This document shows positions 13,381-16,478 of a DNA stretch of 16,478 bases, one piece after another. This stretch comes from a virus. Its lineage: Duplodnaviria; Heunggongvirae; Uroviricota; Caudoviricetes. The stretch lies in IMG/VR virus record IMGVR_UViG_2526164601_000013; one strand, given 5' to 3'. Below the pieces are notes generated by a model, which had not been told where the DNA came from, did not search any database, and saw nothing but the letters and a program-made list of their open reading frames with translations. Within the stretch, counting starts at the first letter, position 1. The number at the start of each line of letters is the position of its first letter. Made by a program: the position numbers and the translations under genes.

Positions 13381-14045
13381 GCAAGATTGACTATCAGGCA
13401 CTGCGTGCCAAGGCAGAAAAAGCAACGTGTGGTGTATGGTCGCTCGAATATGGAGAGAGCCGATTTGATTGTGATGATGCGTTAATTCATCGTGAAGTTG
13501 TTGGATATCTTCCCATTTGCAGAATTGAAGGAGCACATCCAGAAAGCGGTTTCGATGAAGATTTCCAAATGGAACAGCAGGCCAATGCTGAATTCATCGC
13601 CGCAGCCAATCCGGCTACTGTGCTGGCATTACTGGATGAACTGGAAAGAAACCAGCAATACATCAAACGCCGCGATCAGGAGAACGAGGATATTGCGCTA
13701 ACGGTAGGGAAACTGCGTGTTGAGCTGGAAGGCAAAGACAAGCTGATTGCAGAGCTTGGAAAACAATGCGCCGAATGGGAGCGAAAAGCATTAAGCAACT
13801 TTGAAGAGTGTGCTGCGATGGCTGAACGTATCGAAGAGATGAGTAAGCAAAGTTGCGAAGCCCGGGAGCGTGATTTGTTTGAATCATGGGTAATGCATTC
13901 AATTTGTATCTCCAAATCGACGCTTGAAGGATTGCGTACCGAAACTGGATACCGTAACGCAACCTTATCAGGCACAGACTTCAACCGAATGTGGAAACAA
14001 TGGAAATCTATCCGCGCTACTGGCATTCGCATCAAAGGAGAGTGA
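13377..14045 (+). CDS. Ea22-like prophage protein
   Basis: Track ORF 13344..14045, trimmed to GTG 13377, which has an AAGGAGG Shine-Dalgarno. The ANAEFIAAANPATVLALLDELE region resembles the Ead/Ea22-like family common in enterobacterial prophages (from memory). Confidence 0.5.
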   Translation: MSKIDYQALRAKAEKATCGVWSLEYGESRFDCDDALIHREVVGYLPICRIEGAHPESGFDEDFQMEQQANAEFIAAANPATVLALLDELERNQQYIKRRDQENEDIALTVGKLRVELEGKDKLIAELGKQCAEWERKALSNFEECAAMAERIEEMSKQSCEARERDLFESWVMHSICISKSTLEGLRTETGYRNATLSGTDFNRMWKQWKSIRATGIRIKGE

Positions 14046-14046
14046 G

Positions 14047-14235
14047 ATGTCGCTGACGGTTAGGCAGTTAATCAGCAAGCTCAGAAAAATGCCTCCTGAG
14101 GCTGTCGTGGTCTGGCAGGGCTATGACCAATCAGAGGGTGAGTATAACGACTTTGTAGGTCATGTTGCTGATGTTACAGATGAGAATGCACCATCTTTTG
14201 ACCCAGAAGTGCGCGTTGTGGCGCTAAGAGGATAA
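14047..14235 (+). CDS. Hypothetical small protein, 62 aa
   Basis: Track ORF 13924..14235, trimmed to Met MSLTVRQL, which has an AAGGAG Shine-Dalgarno and starts right after the previous stop. Confidence 0.45.
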   Translation: MSLTVRQLISKLRKMPPEAVVVWQGYDQSEGEYNDFVGHVADVTDENAPSFDPEVRVVALRG

Positions 14236-14238
14236 CCC

Positions 14239-14856
14239 ATGACCACTATTACCAAAGAGCGACTACTGACAATCAAGCAGTGGCGCGAAACATACGGACC
14301 TGGTAGCAACGTTGTACTGCCAGCAGAAGAAGCGGAAGAACTGGCACGAATTGCTCTGGCATCGCTGGAAGCAGAGCCTATTGGTGAGGTTTCAGAGAAG
14401 CGACTCGGCCTTGTTATGGATGGAACGGTAGACCTTGGCGGGAAATCAACTTATCGCATCATTAAGGGAGAAAAAGCGATGAAGTTGTTGCCGCTGGGGA
14501 CGAAGTTTTATACCGCACCGCCAGCGCCGATAGCGTTGGAGGCCATTGAAAATGCAATAGAATACATCCGCAGTATCGCTTTTCACATCGATGAAGACGA
14601 TTACCACGGCAAACATATTGCGTATTTCATGCGACAAGCATTGGCCTGGCTGGAAGGGCATTCATGCAGTGATGACAGTCAGGGCAAATCCGATAATTCA
14701 CCATTGCCGCGCTACCAGGTGATCGAATTAACAATGCTGGTTAAACAATTGGTCAGCCAACTGAAAAAAGCAAAACCTGATTGCAAATTACCTGATAGGG
14801 CGATGGATTATCTTTTGCGAAACGGACTGGTAAGTGCGGAGGATGTTTTACGATGA
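14239..14856 (+). CDS. Hypothetical protein, 205 aa
   Basis: Track ORF, closely packed in the operon. Confidence 0.5.
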   Translation: MTTITKERLLTIKQWRETYGPGSNVVLPAEEAEELARIALASLEAEPIGEVSEKRLGLVMDGTVDLGGKSTYRIIKGEKAMKLLPLGTKFYTAPPAPIALEAIENAIEYIRSIAFHIDEDDYHGKHIAYFMRQALAWLEGHSCSDDSQGKSDNSPLPRYQVIELTMLVKQLVSQLKKAKPDCKLPDRAMDYLLRNGLVSAEDVLR

Positions 14857-15440
14857 CCATTTCTACAAAAAAGCCTCTTTATGCTGAGGTTCACAATGTT
14901 CCTGATGATTATGAGTTCACTGACGAGGAACTAAACAGAATTATTGCAGGTGATATGTTCACTCCTCGTCAGGACGCAATAATGGCACGGGAGATACAGA
15001 AACTCCGCGCCGCCATGCTTCATGGTGCCGAACCTGTAAGCCAAACTTACAAGTCACAACATACGCAGTTTGAACAAGTTGCTGACCTCTACGAAATGCA
15101 ATTTGATGACGGTCGCACTTGTGCCTTTCACACTGATGCGCAAAAGGCTGCGCAATGGCTTCAGGCATGCGACGGAAACAGGGTTCAGGAATACGTGAAG
15201 CTGGAGCGATTGCGTAATGCGCTATCGGGCAACTCTCCGGTAACTCCGGATGGTTGGATATGCTGTAGTGAGCGAATGCCGGATAAGTTAATTCCGGTAA
15301 TGGTCATGTATGAAGACGGTGAGATGTGGTCTGCAATGTGGAATGGCAATCGCTGGGATGATGGCACCGAATATCCGGATCCGCACTCAGTTACGCACTG
15401 GCGTGAAATGCCAGCAGCACCGCAGCAGGAGGTGAAGTGA
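14853..15440 (+). CDS. Hypothetical protein with a DUF551-like C-terminal domain
   Basis: Track ORF, 195 aa. C-terminal GWICCSERMPD...WNGNRWDD...VTHWREMPAAP resembles the DUF551 pattern typical of prophage early-region proteins (from memory). Confidence 0.5.
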   Translation: MTISTKKPLYAEVHNVPDDYEFTDEELNRIIAGDMFTPRQDAIMAREIQKLRAAMLHGAEPVSQTYKSQHTQFEQVADLYEMQFDDGRTCAFHTDAQKAAQWLQACDGNRVQEYVKLERLRNALSGNSPVTPDGWICCSERMPDKLIPVMVMYEDGEMWSAMWNGNRWDDGTEYPDPHSVTHWREMPAAPQQEVK

Positions 15441-15718
15441 TGGACTCCTTCGCGAAATATACGATTATTGACTGGATAGCATTCCTTCAGGTTTTGCTCA
15501 TCTGGTTTTATATGGCTTACAGGAGTGGGCAGTGGATTGTCAGTGTAGCCTGTAGCAAGGGATGGCGTTGGTGGAACCGAAAGAATAAAAAAGCGCTGGC
15601 CTTGGATTCGTTTTACGAAGCATTCAATCTTAACAGTCTTCAGCCTGGTTATGTCATTGTAGTCACCACTCAAAGCGGCATGACCATTCAGATTCATAAA
15701 CCAAAAGAGGAAAAATGA
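15437..15718 (+). CDS. Small membrane protein, 93 aa
   Basis: Track ORF with a hydrophobic N-terminal segment IIDWIAFLQVLLIWFYMAY. Its stop is 2 nt from the IS2 end. Confidence 0.45.
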   Translation: MMDSFAKYTIIDWIAFLQVLLIWFYMAYRSGQWIVSVACSKGWRWWNRKNKKALALDSFYEAFNLNSLQPGYVIVVTTQSGMTIQIHKPKEEK

Positions 15719-15811
15719 TGTAGACTGGCCCCCTGAATCTCCAGACAACCAGTATCACTTATTTAAGTGATAGTCTTAATACTAGTTTTTAGACTAGTCA
15801 TTGGAGAGCAG

Positions 15812-16141
15812 ATGATTGATGTCTTAGGACCGGAGAAACGCAGACGGCGTACCACACAGGAAAAGATCGCAATTGTTCAGCAGAGCTTTGAACCAGGGAT
15901 GACGGTCTCCCTCGTTGCCCGGCAACATGGTGTAGCAGCCAGCCAGTTATTTCTCTGGCGTAAGCAATACCAGGAAGGAAGTCTTACTGCTGTCGCCGCC
16001 GGAGAACAGGTTGTTCCTGCCTCTGAACTTGCTGCCGCCATGAAGCAGATTAAAGAACTCCAGCGCCTGCTCGGCAAGAAAACGATGGAAAATGAACTCC
16101 TCAAAGAAGCCGTTGAATATGGACGGGCAAAAAGTGGATAG
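15812..16141 (+). CDS. insC: IS2 transposase OrfA (InsC)
   Basis: Track ORF 15767..16141, trimmed to Met [56 protein letters not shown] (HTH), the IS2 OrfA start as I recall it. Confidence 0.85.
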
Positions 16142-16478
16142 CGCACGCGCCCTTATTGCCCGGGGATGGGGAGTAAGCTTAGTCAGCCGTTGTCTCCGGG
16201 TGTCGCGTGCGCAGTTGCACGTCATTCTCAGACGAACCGATGACTGGATGGATGGCCGCCGCAGTCGTCACACTGATGATACGGATGTGCTTCTCCGTAT
16301 ACACCATGTTATCGGAGAGCTGCCCACGTATGGTTATCGTCGGGTATGGGCGCTGCTTCGCAGACAGGCAGAACTTGATGGTATGCCTGCGATCAATGCC
16401 AAACGTGTTTACCGGATCATGCGCCAGAATGCGCTGTTGCTTGAGCGAAAACCTGCTGTACCGCCATCGAAACGGGCA
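16134..16478 (+). CDS. insD: IS2 transposase OrfB (InsD), 5' part; made as a frameshift fusion with OrfA
   Basis: Shifted frame reads [34 protein letters not shown]...[22 protein letters not shown] to the end of the window. The slippery-looking CAAAAAG lies at the OrfA/OrfB overlap. Confidence 0.75.

Larger units (their letters stand above)
15721..16478 (+). mobile_element. IS2 insertion sequence (IS3 family), partial; continues beyond the window end
   Basis: Terminal sequence TAGACTGGCCCCCTGAATCTCCAGACAACC... followed by the insC and insD reading frames. Identity is from memory of IS2. Boundary about 15719-15721. Confidence 0.85.

Noticed and set aside
13076-14035. Track ORFs 13076..13258 (+), 13173..13373 (-), 13264..13536 (-), 13492..13701 (+), 13663..13962 (-) and 13676..14035 (-)
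   Set aside because: Antisense or alternative frames in the Ea22-like and neighbouring genes. Ser/Arg-rich low-complexity translations.
14446-15168. Minus-strand ORFs 14446..14661 and 14959..15168
   Set aside because: Antisense to well-packed plus-strand operon genes.
15185-15748. Minus-strand ORF 15185..15748 (187 aa)
   Set aside because: Runs antisense across orf195, orf93 and into the IS2 terminus. An ORF crossing an IS boundary in antisense is implausible as an ancestral gene, and it has no RBS.
15877-16225. Minus-strand ORFs 15877..16146 and 15947..16225 inside IS2
   Set aside because: Antisense to the IS2 insC/insD frames, which match the known transposase.
1-16478. tRNA, rRNA and CRISPR arrays
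   Set aside because: No cloverleaf-like structures, rRNA-like segments or repeat-spacer arrays were seen by eye. The only tandem repeats are the origin iterons and operator palindromes.

Overview
This window is the early/immunity region of a lambdoid prophage (enterobacterial, E. coli-like), running from the 5' end of a lambda-type Q antiterminator gene at the left edge to an IS2 copy cut off by the right edge. Minus strand (the phage rightward pR operon): cro, nutR, cII, an inserted T5orf172/GIY-YIG-like gene, an O-like initiator with an internal iteron origin, a DnaC-type helicase loader, ren-like, a tR2-like terminator, three small genes (two membrane), then the nin region (ninB, ninE, ninF, ybcO-like, rusA, ninH) and Q. 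Plus strand: cI (HTH + S24 peptidase), an AT-rich 98-aa membrane protein in the rexAB position, OL/pL, nutL, an N-like antiterminator that appears decayed (frameshifted 5' part and a separated 3' remnant), then cIII-like, kil-like, erf, ssb, Ea22-like and DUF551-like genes. The most notable candidate novelty is an AT-rich, convergent two-gene cassette (120 aa and 164 aa) lying between the two N fragments; its function is unknown. All protein-family calls are from reading the translations and from memory of family motifs, with no database search. Coordinates not taken from the ORF track were hand-counted and may be off by 1-2 nt.
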